DNA of 35,536 nucleotides, taken from contig KZ538226.1 in NCBI GenBank assembly GCA_000934665.2, positions 62,001 through 97,536 on the forward strand, in the 5' to 3' direction. The translations under genes and the position numbers were made by a program. This DNA comes from Catajapyx aquilonaris. Its lineage: Eukaryota. Below are positions 13,375 to 26,300 of this stretch, piece by piece (position 1 is the stretch's first letter; each line of letters starts with the position of its first letter). The notes beneath the pieces were generated by a model. It had not been told where the DNA came from, ran no database searches, and saw only the letters and a program-made list of their open reading frames with translations.

Positions 13375-15872
13375 CTGGAAGAAAATAAAAAAACCGCTTA
13401 TCACAAGTCCTGTAAGAACTAGAAAAAAAAAGCCCTCCAGTTGTCCATCCCCCTATTTTTTGTCGCATCCAACGGTCTCCGATAAAGCAAGTTGGCGCAT
13501 TAGAGGGTAGATATTGCATTTGGTTGAGTGCGATGCCTCAAAGGCGACGGCCGATGGGAATGGAGGGGAAGGGGAGGGGGAAAGGAGAGGGGGGGGACTC
13601 AATACAAGCCCCTAAGTTCCCTAAGGCAATCCTGGTGCCAACCACACCCCTTTTTCTTGCTTCCTTCCATCCTCTTTCACTTCCTTCGCCCTAGGGATCC
13701 ACGCTGCTTTTGCCAACACTTCCTCTCCACTTCTGCAGCCACCTCCCAGGACACATCCAACTTTGCCCAAAACCCTCGTAAAAAAAAGAGGGTCGAGACT
13801 CTGAAATTTCGGATGAGAGAGGGGGTTGTCCCCGTGTTTTCACCTCTCGACAAGAGTACAAGATTTTTCGGCTAAGTTTTCTGTCTGGAGTATAAATAGT
13901 GCATGACACATAAAGTTGAGCGGGCCATGTTTTATGCATGCGACACAAAAAGGCCTTGTTACAAAATGAGAGAAAAGAGAACCCTGGTGCATCAAGATAA
14001 CCCTCCCCCCCCCTCTCCTGCTTGTACCAACACGAATTCACATTTTTACGACGCAATAAAGGCCAAACAAGTCCAATAACTGTTCTAGTTTCCGCTCCAC
14101 TTAATTTGGTACTCGGCGCATCATGGAATATACTTGTATTCGGAAGAAGTGAAGTACAAAACTTGACCTGCCTTATTCATTATCCAATTCACTTCCCACT
14201 GAGTTTCATGTTCGTATATATAGCTATAGACCGGATGAGCAGAGAGACGACCACCTGTGGGAGTTACCATGAGCAAACAAAGGCTTAGCATTACCTCTCC
14301 CAGCAGAGTTATCTCTCTAGAGTAGACGCCATTAAAGTACATCCTGATAAATGAATCCGGGTACTTGGTTCCTCGATCGCCGCCATCAAAGCGATGCTGG
14401 GGATTCCCCTGCAATGCATCTCCCAAGATGGCCGCCAGACTGCCAGGTCATATAATACTAAGAGGGTATAGGCCATAATCCGGTCACATTTTCCGGGCGG
14501 GCGAGGAAAGGCAGTGGCTGGTTGATGGAATTTTCAGATGATGAATGAGGAAGACAGGAGAGTGGGTGGGTGGGGGGGGGGGGTTGATTCTGCGATCGGG
14601 TTTGGGCTTGCCCGGATTACGTCCACTTGATGGACGACACGCTCCGGTGACTCCAATCCGCAATTTCGGGGGGGGAAGCCCCCCAGCAGGTCGAAAGCTG
14701 TCAGGCCGCCATTGTAATAAAAACACACTGCCTTCAAGAACCAAGTGTGCTATTATGCTCTGGGATGTCGATATAATAAAAAAATAGAGAAGGGTAAAAA
14801 TTCACGCTACGCCTATAGCTGATCTTCACAACTGCGGCTGTCCGACACCTTTTTTTCGGGCCATTATTGTCAACACTGCCGGCTTTTTAAAATATGTAGT
14901 GTGGAGGCGTGCATCTGCCGATAAGAGGTGTTGCCTTAGAGCGGGGTGGTCCTACCTCCCAAAAAATGGGAGCTCTGGTCTAACTGACGCTGCCTGACAA
15001 CTCAGGCTGCACTCAATATCTGCTGGCAATCTTCCACCCAGTGCTGGGGAGAAAGTAAGCAAGATGCATTCTCAAAATATTGAGAGACAGTGCATTACAC
15101 AGGGTGTTTAAAAAGGTTGCTTCTAGCAATATATTGTGTCTAATAGTAAATCATATGACACTACCGTCTGTTCCAATACCGCCGATTGTAATTGAATAGT
15201 AATAACCACCTTGCTATGCTGTATTACAGTTGAAATTAACAAAGTGAAATAATTGAATTTGTCAAATCCAGAATAGTACTGTAATACACATTGTGTAGTT
15301 TCATGGCATGCTACTCCTTTGATCTCCAGTAGCTCTGACCTGTGCATGAAGTTACATGCCTATAATTCAATAATTATCCGGACAGCATGAACAATAACTA
15401 TGGCAGTGGCATACAGTAGTGTACAGTGGACATCAAAGCACACGTGTCAACTCAATATCTCTGACTGGTAAGAGGTGATCCATTGTGTAAACCGATTTTA
15501 CGACAGAAATATGAAATTCTCATTTTTTCACACCAGTTGACCTCCGGTTGTGTGTGGCCTGATAATTATTACAGGTTTGTAATTATAGCAGCACTGCCTA
15601 AAGCTGGCCCCGAATCCAATCAATTCCTGGAATATTAGCTTATCCCAATACGTCCATTGCTACTGCGTAGCACGCCGTGCACAGATGCGATATGTTCTGC
15701 GCTCTTTGAATGCATAATACTAACATGGTATCAACCAGATTACGAGCGCATATAAAACCCTTTATGGATAGCCCGCAAAACGATTACTGACCACTTGCAC
15801 CAACAAAATTCAAGAGAAGTGATTTTCTTACACATAATTATTGCACTCCATTTCGTGGTTAAAATATTAAAA

Positions 15873-15960
15873 ACCTTTTACTCAATACTATAGTATTGAG
15901 TAAAAGGTCAAAAATAGACCAAAGTAATGTCTATAGACATTACTTTGGTCTATTTTTGAC
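15873..15960. repeat. Two abutting perfect palindromes (36 bp and 54 bp)
   Basis: ACCTTTTACTCAATACTA|TAGTATTGAGTAAAAGGT (15873-15908) and GTCAAAAATAGACCAAAGTAATGTCTA|TAGACATTACTTTGGTCTATTTTTGAC (15907-15960), checked base by base; no spacer and no mismatch. Confidence 0.97.
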
Positions 15961-17223
15961 AATTTTCTCTGTGCCTAACTTGACCTGAAAAAATGAGGCA
16001 TTGTCATGGGAAAGGGCGTACGTATGTGAAATGCGCCTCAAAAAGAGAAAAAAGTAGCCTGCATTTACATGTTAAACTGATAAACTGATTTTCTTTAACT
16101 TTCCGTAATATTTTGTACTCAAACATAGTATTGTCATTGTGTTTGACTATCCTATTCTTAGGACTGTGTCAGCCCAGGCAATAGCACTGCTCATTATCCT
16201 ATGACATATTATGCAGAAACCATTAAACTTGTGCCGTCAATGAGATCTTGCTTCATGAAAGGCAAGAATAGTAACCCAAATTTCATTCATGCTGGTCAAG
16301 AGCTCGTTTTGCCTCAAAGTGGCTCCAGTTTGGGCTCAATTTGGCCCTTCCCTTTTGAGGTGTATAAACTAACACTTGATTCTCCAAAACGGCTTTGTAT
16401 TGCATCTGGGACGGATCTAATTTGTTCCGTCGCCTTCAGGGAGCGACTCGGTGTCTGACTAGACAATGTACAACACCTCACCATATTCGGAGGAGGGTTA
16501 AAGCCTGGAAATTTCCCATGGCGTGGACCCCCCCTCTTCCAATCTTACTCGACAATACAGGAGGTCCAATGTTTCCAGGAGTTCAAGGGGCCATCAGGGA
16601 CCTTCCCCTCGGAGATGATTCATCGCTTTCTGTCCGGCTCGGAACTTTACGCCTCTTCAAACGCTCTATCTAAAACTGGCGCAACCATTTTCCACCAACC
16701 GAATTGCAACTTCTGGGACCCTAGTAAAGTTTGCCCAAGCGATTTGGGTGGGGATGGGGGGGAGAGGAACCCAAGACCTCTGCTGGGGACGTATTGTGCA
16801 CATCTCAAAATTTTTCCGTAGGGCAGTGCATGTCGTGAAGAGACACTTTATTGTCCCACTTTAGGACTTGGGGGGATCCTCTTCCTCGGGACATGTCAGG
16901 ATCATCTAAATTGCTCCGGCAGTTAAGTTCAGGGGGGCGCTTGCGTGCCCAGAATGTTGTCCAGAAGGTAATTACCGGGTGCACAAAGAGCATCATTAGG
17001 ACCCCCGGTGTATCATTAATGCCCGACGTGAGCAAGAGGCAGCCTCGTAATCCTTTTCTTGCTCCGATTCTATGAAGTCGGCCATACTTTACAGCTCCAA
17101 GAAACCCCCTGCTCTTATACGGCTCTCGAGGTTAATACCTAATTGACGGGCAAACTGCACTGCAGGCTAGCGGACAAGGACGGGTACAAAAGCAGAGCCT
17201 GGAACCCACCAAAGTGTAGCATG

Positions 17224-17384
17224 TCACATTTTCTTCATCCTGACTGTTCAGAGCTACCCTCAAGCCTCCTCTGTGCCCCAGGTTGCAAACATGTCAGGAT
17301 GATTTCTATCCTGGCATGTTGGCAACCCGGGGTACAGAGGAGGCTTCAGGGTAGCTCTGAACAGTCAGGATGACGAAAATGTGA
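17224..17384. repeat. 161-bp fold-back inverted repeat (77-bp arms, 7-nt loop)
   Basis: Arms 17224-17300 and 17308-17384 are Watson-Crick complementary at 71/77 positions with no indels; loop is GATTTCT. Confidence 0.95.
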
Positions 17385-20300
17385 GAAAATACTCACTAAA
17401 AATATTTCCTACGCGCATTGGTCGAGTGTGGTTGCGTCTGATGGGACCACATTTTTTTTCTCCTCACCCACCGCCCATCTAACCCGTAAGAACCGCAGCG
17501 AGCTGTAATAATCATTTTGGAACCACGCCAGCAAAGTTATTGCTGCAAGTTTGGAGGAAGAGCCTTCTTGGTACTAATCCGCTATACGTACACCGTGGAT
17601 CGGAGAATGCAAAAGAAAAAAAAAAGTTGCAGACAGGAGACTAGAAAAATGAGTCGGCAAGTTCGATAATTTCACAGGCTTTGGAATGAGGGGGGGCCAG
17701 ACTTGACTTATTGCTCTTGTATCAGGCGGATATATTCGAAGGCGGTTCATTTTTTTAAAGGGAGGTGATTTATATGGTCTCAGAAGATGCTGACCTCCCG
17801 AGGTTTTATTGTCGTTACTCGTCCAATTTAATGACTCCGCAGGCGGTAATTGTCGACATGCCCCAATTTTCAGTCAGCACGTTCTAAGTTCCCAAAATCG
17901 GACCCATGTTAGCCCCCACATCTTTTCCTGGTCCTCTAAAAGGGGAACATTAGGAGCGACCGTATTGTCAAGGAGGGCTCGGATAAATCGGAAAATATTC
18001 GGGCAGTTAAACTGCAGTAGTCCCTGGATTATCCCTGCATTCTTAACCTGCCGACATCAGTCTGGAGGCGATCAATTCCGACCAAACTTGTCTCGCAGCA
18101 GGAAACCGACCCAACCTCCTTTTTCCATTTCCAACCAAACAGGGCACCCCCCACCGGCTACTAGACTTTGTTTCGGAAACGCCCCCTGAAGCCCATCCCC
18201 TGACATGACGTACTGCGCTGCATTACCCTCATTTTACTTTGGAATGTTGGCTCGAATAAAACAGGGGATCCTTTCCCTCACGCAAAACTTTTCTTGCCAG
18301 CCCTCCCCCCCTCCCAGCTCCCAGTTCTAATACCAAGGGACTACCGTCGAGTTTGTCTAACTAACTCTGCGAAGCCCCAACATAATGAAATTACTTAGTA
18401 TTCGTCAAACTATAGGCAACCCGGATGGGAACACACAATGTCATGGAAAGAGAGAAAAAAAGTGGTTCTAGTAGGAAGTGAATTATATAGAGGGTGATTT
18501 ATAATGATTCAACGAAAACTTTCAGGGTGAGCTCCTAGGTGACAGAGATTCATTATAAATGGGGGTGTCATAATATATGGTCTTCGCACCAATTGTAATA
18601 AGTTCATTGGATCGTCTCCCTCCAAAGTCGATAATAAAATCGTGTGGTTCGTGTGCAATAAGGTTTTGCATGAAAATGAAAGATTGAGAACGTATGATAT
18701 TTTTCCCTTTCAAGATCATTGTTTTGGTGAATAAAGTAACGAGAGATAAAACCATTGTGAAAGAGGCTGTATAACAATGTTTGCTCAGCATGAACTTGGG
18801 AATTCATTTCAGGCAGGACGAGAACTGTTTGCAATCAGACGTATACAGTTCAAACTGAGTAGAAAACGACTCAAAAATAATATTGAGAAACAAATTTTAT
18901 TCGTTACCGAATATTTTTGAAGTATCTATGGTACATAATATGCACTCCACGACCCGTTATTAAAATCTGCAAGACGTAATTTTCTACTCCAGCCAAAAAC
19001 ATTGCCAGGAAATTGCGACGTTACGAGGCCTCTGCAATGCGGCTTATCACATTTTAATATAGCTCTGGACTCATCAATATTTCTTAGCAATCAATCCACA
19101 GAACATCTCCGCAGTTTTTTAAAAAGTAAACTGCAACAGCGAAAAGAGCATTAACAAGCAGGCACACGCAGTTTACCCAGACCCTCCAAAATAACAATTC
19201 AGACACAAGCATCGATCTACCGCGCGCAGTGGTTAATAAACGCCTCTATTCCCAAGCCTACATAATGTTTTTCTCGTGGATCCCGCAAGCAAAAGCCGAA
19301 CGAATGTTAATGAAGCGGAAACTAATTGAGGTTCCCACTAGACCCATTTCGAACACTGAAGAAGAGAAAAGCATACAAGGAAAAAAAAAAAGCTGGAGTG
19401 GATACCCACCAAAACTTTTTCCCTTTTTGGTTTTTTTTTCTCCCCTTCTCCTTCCTTCAGTTTTTTTTCTCTCGGCTGTATTTTGGCAAGAGAAGACTTG
19501 CGAGAAGTTCAAACAGTGCGTAAATTAGGCGGCGGCAAGAGCGCGCCAAAAAGTCCGGAGCTCCCCCAAAGTGCTGGCGTTGTATAGACCTCCGGACCCT
19601 TCTGGATTTATAGGCTGACAAAAGGGTCCGCTAAGAGAGTTATTGTGCTCCCTGTGTCCTCTCGGGGAAGATCTATTCTGACGTGTAAGAGGGTAAATGC
19701 ATCTTCTATTTAAGAAACGAGGCTCAAATAAAATATCTGGCTTCAGAACTTTTTAGGGGAATGTGCCTGGTTTTTTTAAAAAACATTCTGTTCCGGTCTC
19801 ATTTTTTTTGTTCTGGTTGAGCTCAAAAATTGCACAATGAGCATTACCTGAACGTGTTTTGTTACTTCAGACAATAACCCATAACCCTTATTAACAACCG
19901 GATAAACAAGTTTTGTAGCAGACAAAAGCTCCTCTTAAATAAGCCTTGACAAACAGACTTCATGTAAAATTGAATTATGCCGAGAGAGTCGTATGGAGAG
20001 AGTAACTGAACTCGTTACGACGACTTCCTGTCATCCTGTGGAATTATCTGGGGGATGTAAAAAGCAAGGTAAAAAGAAATCTCTCAATTTTCTTGTCCGA
20101 GGGAGTATTATTGTCAGGATACGCAAAAAAAAAACTAACTTAATTTTCAATCATTGAATTATACATTACACTTGGAAGTGAATATACACAATTCCTTAAG
20201 AGAAATCGTAAATAATTAACATGTCTATAAACATGGCACTGTACTGCATATTTCATGCCCACAGTCACAGTTATGGATTGTTTACCGCTGAGGGAATGAT

Positions 20301-23300
20301 GCTTTCAGTTGATTGCTTATCCTATATTATAAAAGTTATGTGGCGTCTGTTTGTCATGACGAGACGAAGTGTACTCTGGCAGTAAATTAATTTGCTGTCT
20401 AATTACTGTGTATCTACAGCAGGTACAACATTAAGCCTTCCCTCTCAGAATATTATTCAGCATAACAAAACTTGCTAGTATTTAGACTATGACACATAAT
20501 TTATTGCTGTATAAATCTTCTGGCGAGACCTTTAATGAGAATATCCACCTCCGCATACAGGCATAAAATGATCATTAGGCAGAATTTAACTGTCCTAAAA
20601 ATTTCACTGAATGCTTTTAACCACTTTCAATTGCAGATCACAGAATTTATTTAGAGCTGTATGGCATGGCCATGCAGACCCGGAACAAATGGAGCGAAAA
20701 TCCCATACTTTGTTATTTACAGCCACATTTAGTCTGCAGTTATACACGTGCAAGGATTAACCAGCCGACCATTACTGCACTTTCACAGAGTGAGTGCGGG
20801 TATTAGCAGTCCTTTCTGCGTGTAAACCAGTGCACCGAAGACATACCATTCACGGTACATCAGTTAAAAAAAAGAGATCATAAGCCCACTTTGGACCAGC
20901 CAGATCAGTAAAGAATATTTGGCACATGGCCTGCACATTTTTTTTTCAGCTGCATAACTTTACAAGTCATACCACTTCCATTTTCCGGCTTAACCATTCG
21001 GCTCCTCTCCCATTTTTATTAACACTTTTTCGGGTGCCAGGAAAAAGGCCAGCCTTCAATAGGACATTACATTATTGTTCAGTCGACAGTGTCAAATATG
21101 TTGAATGGCATTCCTACCCCCTTGCAGCTTAATATTCCTCCCAGATACAGGCAGCAGCAGATTTCCATCAACCAATGGGTTCCGGCCAGGAATTTTCACA
21201 GTGGAATAATAAAAAAAAGTGGCGGTAAAAAAAACAGGGAAGCATAATTATTGCCGGCTATCCTCAGCACGTATAGCATCCATAAAGCGGAGTTGACAAG
21301 CTCGGCATATCTGCCTTTTCGTGACTGCTGGCAACTGCAGCCCACCCCCACTGCCCACTCCCCCGCAAAAAAAAGAACTTTCTTCGTGATATTCCCTTTT
21401 CGTGTTAATACCACTCTCCACGAAAAACTTGTGTCCCTCCCTTCTACTTTCCCATCCCCATTTTATTCGGCAGCCAACCACACAAGCCCTGGAGAATTTG
21501 TGGCCGGCAGATACAAGGAAACTTGGCTTAAACTCTCTATTCAAGAGACCCCTGCAGCTTCTTTCATCTTAACTTTTTTTTCTGGTGGGTGTGTGTGTAT
21601 GTGTTCGACCCTGGCCTTTTTTTAAAATAAAAAAACGAGATGCTGGCCACCAGTGACAGTTTCCTGTTGGCAAAAGTCCTTTGAATGGCCCAATGTGTCT
21701 TGGGTTCCATAAAGGATTCCTGCTGGATGTTTGTCCCATTAGAGTGTCCATTAGGAGAGCCGTCACCTTCCGAACGGATCTCTCTTCCTTCCGAATGGCC
21801 GGAAGCACACACAAGGCAACAGACCTTTTACGGGAAGGCTGGAGCAAATGCTGCAGCTTTGGCATTCACCCCTGGTGTACTTGCCATGCACACCCGCCAG
21901 CATGGTGTCCACTTCAGGTGCAGGACTCGCTAATGGATGCCATCTTGCACTTTCAAAGGCGGACGAGATGTCCACTGCAGCATGAAAATGCTGGATGTGT
22001 ACAGTAAGGAAAGTACAGAATCGATTCAAGGCTGGCAGCATTCAATTTCACAGCCAGTATCGACACCTCAACCTTTCAGCACCAGACCATGTAAATGAGC
22101 AAGTCAATCTTGACAATCAGATCGAGCTACTGCAATTGTACCATCCACCTAGGGACAGTCAAACTAATCAAGCAGGCCGGATTGCAGGCTGATTGTCTAT
22201 GCATATTTTGTGCAATGCGTGGGACAAAATTATGTCAGACATCAAAACTTCCTCACGCTTCGTTAGGCAGTTAAGAAGGAAACTAATATAGGAACTGGCA
22301 ACTGCTGGATGTACTGTGCGAAATTAGTTTTCATGAACTGCACGCAGCGTCGGCGTACTTTGAAGCCGGCGAGGTGGGGACCGAACTTCGACGGCATGCT
22401 GATCATGATAATACACTTTCGAGGGAGTATGATTGGAAAGTGAAAATTGGTTATGACTGAGATTAAGGTCGAAATGTGTGGCACGAAAGTACGGAGAGAA
22501 CACGATAATAATGAGGGCATGCAACTGGCTGTAGAATTTTGCTTCAATCATTACGAAACACCCTGTGTATACGTAGAAAGTACTTTCTACAGAACCCTAC
22601 GCTCCATTCGGTTCTGAAACTGCGCCCACTCTGAAAGGATCGAATGAAAACAACTCAAGTGGTCTAAAAGCTTTGGATAGAAGCCATGGCAAACGACGCC
22701 GAAGAATCCCTCCTCTCAAGACGTGTATAGTGTGTACACATGCAGTAAACACGAGAAATCAAGCAGTGAGAAGCAGTGACCAGTCACAAAAATTTTTGGA
22801 AGTTGATGGGCCAGCCAAGAGCCGAATGTTTACACAAACACAATAATCAGTGTGGGTGGTCGGGTCGATTTCTGGCTGACAGTTTAATCCGGAATAATTT
22901 ATTCGTTCGATCAGGCCGCCTCAATACATGGGGGGCCGTATTTCAACTCGGAAACGCCGCGACTCAACAACATAGTTAATTTCGTCGGAATCAAGTTCCC
23001 AAAGCGAGGATGATAAATACTCAATGGATTGATTTAGAGGTCCCCGCATCAGTGCCTGCCCGGAGACTCACAGGCATTTATTTTCTATTCTCGGCACAAC
23101 CGGATTAAACCCTCCGCCCCCCGTATTTGGTCTGTCCAATGCTAAAAGTCACTCAAAAAAGGACAATGTACTCCAGCTGGGTATAATCAGATCTGAAATG
23201 TGCATGAGAGCTCGAGAGCAGTTAAAACGCACACAAACAACACATGGTTTTCTATGGAAGGCGGTCAATATGTGCAATTATACACCGCCAATTTACTGTA

Positions 23301-26300
23301 CATCAAATGAAATCAAGGTTTTGAAAATTACATTGTTGCATCAATACAACCGCAGCTGGTTTTACAATCGCAGTACGATGTATTCGACTGTGTATATGTA
23401 TTTTTTGGGGAGGAAGTCTCGTGCTCGTAGTTTGGGCCTGCATGAAGTTTCGCATGCAAACCGCATCATTATATCGCAATAAAGCTCCAAGTGGGAATTT
23501 TTATTGCGGAGAGACATCGTTCCTGGAAAACCCATTCCGTCAAATGCGGGTGCCGTGGAAAATGCATTCCAAATAAAAATGCAGCGCCCAGGCCCACCCA
23601 ATATCATATTTCCAGATCCTCAGGTGGAATTTGGCGCCGACTATCAATTCGATTGAATTACCCATTTTTTTCCTCTCCAACTCTCTCCACCCACCGCACC
23701 GTCCCCTTCCAAAAAAAAAAATGCATCGTAGAGTACAACAACGCAAAAAAAAAAGTAGGGCTGGAAAATAAAAACTGGGTCTGCGGTCTGAGATAATTGG
23801 TCCTGCGCCAGGGTTTTGAAGCCTTTCGGTCGCATGCCTGGAATTCTCCGATTCTGACGTTTCCGTGTCTGCGGCCTCACTAATTGAACGGTAGGGTCGA
23901 GCCGGCACATTAAATGCCAAGAGCACAATACGATAATAAGTATCATTGTGGGTCCTCGCTGAAACGGGGGCAATGATGATGATGATGCCCCCGCATAGTA
24001 CGAACCACTGTGGGGCAACCCTTTTTTTTCATTTTGACTTTTGATAGATAAATAATTGGCAAAATTGTTGCCCATCGCTTCTGCAACGTATTGATGATTA
24101 TCAGATCCTAGTAGTGCCAAATCCTGGCAAGCAGGAGCCAACAAATGCGTCAGTTGATCAAAGAAGTGCTAACAGAGTGTTAATGCAGATTTCGGCCTCG
24201 GTTTGAAAAATATACAGTATATATATTTCATTGGCAGGTCAATATATCCGATATACGACTGAAACGGTGGCGAAAACGCTCGCCCATAGTTTCCGTTCGG
24301 CCATTAAAGTGGGGTTTAATCGACTCTTTGAGGCTTTTACGACATTCCGGTATGACTGGTGGCAAAACCACGGGAGGCCTTCGCATCCTCTTTATTGCCT
24401 CAACTGGCCCTTGATTCGTCTCATCTCAACACCCCAACAAGTCTCCACTTATAAGCTATCAGACCCCTAAACTCGTCGTCTTTTTGCTTTTTATTAGCCA
24501 CAATGCAGGGTACTACACTGCGACAGTGAAAAAAAAAACTGTCCCACAATATTACACTTTTAGGGAGCTGCCTTGGACACGGATTTACAGCCGGATTCCA
24601 AGGCACCCGAAGGAATTAAATCAATTCTCTTGCTCTACAGTGCCTTCTCGAAGCTTACTCTCTGATTAACCTGGTGAACTATACGACGAAAATGAGGCCT
24701 CCTATTCGCCCCTTGCCATTGTTTACTTTTTGAATAATTTAGCAGTATTTGACCACCGGCCTGCTTTTGGAAGCTGGCCTGAACGGAGCTCGTGGAAAAC
24801 ATAGCAAGGAAAAAAGCCTGCTAGCATTTTTCCACTACTTTTTTAAAACGCAGGCCTTGTGGACACATGCAATGTTTATGAATTATTTGCATAACAGTTC
24901 ACTGGGAAGGGCTCAGAGTCTCACCACACGTATTTTTGGCGGCTAGTATACCACAGGATGGTGTGTTTTACATTCTGCATTTTAAGTTCTCATATATGTA
25001 TATCGGTACAGAAATTAGACCTGAATATGAATAGTGTGCATTAAAGAAATGTTATGGCGATTGGAAAATGTGCATTCGCTACCCAGAATTATTTTGCAGC
25101 CTATAAATACTAACAGAATAACTCCCTGATCAGCACAGATTATTGCAACGTAATGCTTGAATATTACTTGAATATTGTTTCCCATAAGCTGAGATCGTCA
25201 CACACGCATTAAAATAATGATATACCTAGCTACGCTGTAGAACAATCAGCCGTTGATTGCCGCATTGTGATTAATAAATAATCTGCCTCATATTTTAGCA
25301 TTCTATCAGCACTACCATCACAACTCTGCACTTGATTGCTCCCTTTTTAGCCTTTTAACAATCCGAAAAGACGCGGCTATTCACATGCACCAAACGCGAT
25401 CTACCCCTTTTCTATATAAAAAAAGAAACCCGTATGCTTCATTGAGAAAAAACCCGAAGGGTTTTAAAAAATCCAATTACCCAACCAAATATAAGCACGG
25501 TCCCGCAACTATGCGTAAACCACTGGCTTCCTCCAAAAAAAAATGTCCGCAACGCGGAGGGAAAATTGCCCGAAAAGGAGCCCTTGATGCATTTGTGGGA
25601 AAAGAAAACTTGGAAGCAATAAAAAAACAAGGGGGGGCCTAAAAGCAGGGTTGGAGAGGCCTGAGTTTTTTTTGTAGTGGGGGGAGGCATTAATCAGTGG
25701 GATGCAGGCAAAGGACCAACTACTAGTTCCATGTGCATTTTTGACCCTCTGCCCTTTATACAAGCTCAGTATGCTACAAGCGTCCTCTCTTTTTTTTCCT
25801 CTCTCCTCTCAAAAAATTTAAATTCATTCTGGCCAACTCGTGCTTTTTACATACCCCCGCTTTTAAAAATTTCATGGCAATTCCATCCGCTTGTTTCCAA
25901 CCTCCCACACATAACCTTAGATTAGGTTGACTTTCCAACCTACTCTCTTCATTATGCGCGGGAATTTTCATTTATGAACCCTGTTGATGGTCGCTGTTGG
26001 GATAATGGCCGCCTTTGGACCCCCCCTCTCTCTATATGTTTGCATAGGAAATAAAAGTTGGCAGCTCCGAATAGCAGCCGGAGAGCTAATGAGCGACTCT
26101 CTCTCGTTTTTTTTTTATTTAACGCCGTACCTTTTGTTTTGTCGCTGGGATCGTAAAGTCTCGGGCATTGGATAATTAAGCTGGCAGTGCAGCAGTAAGA
26201 CAGGCATAAACCTGAATATTATGCACTGATTGGCTCTGATTGAAGTTTCATGAATGGGAAATAATTCCACCCCTTCAGTCCCGTATCTAAAGGGCTTGCT

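Noticed and set aside
13134..13388. Gly-rich 84-aa plus-strand ORF
   Set aside because: Antisense shadow of the Pro-rich dpr exon (CCN codons read as GG-rich codons).
23540..24144. Long non-dpr ORFs (128 and 166 aa)
   Set aside because: Non-ATG starts, homopolymer-derived F/K runs and no recognisable domain.
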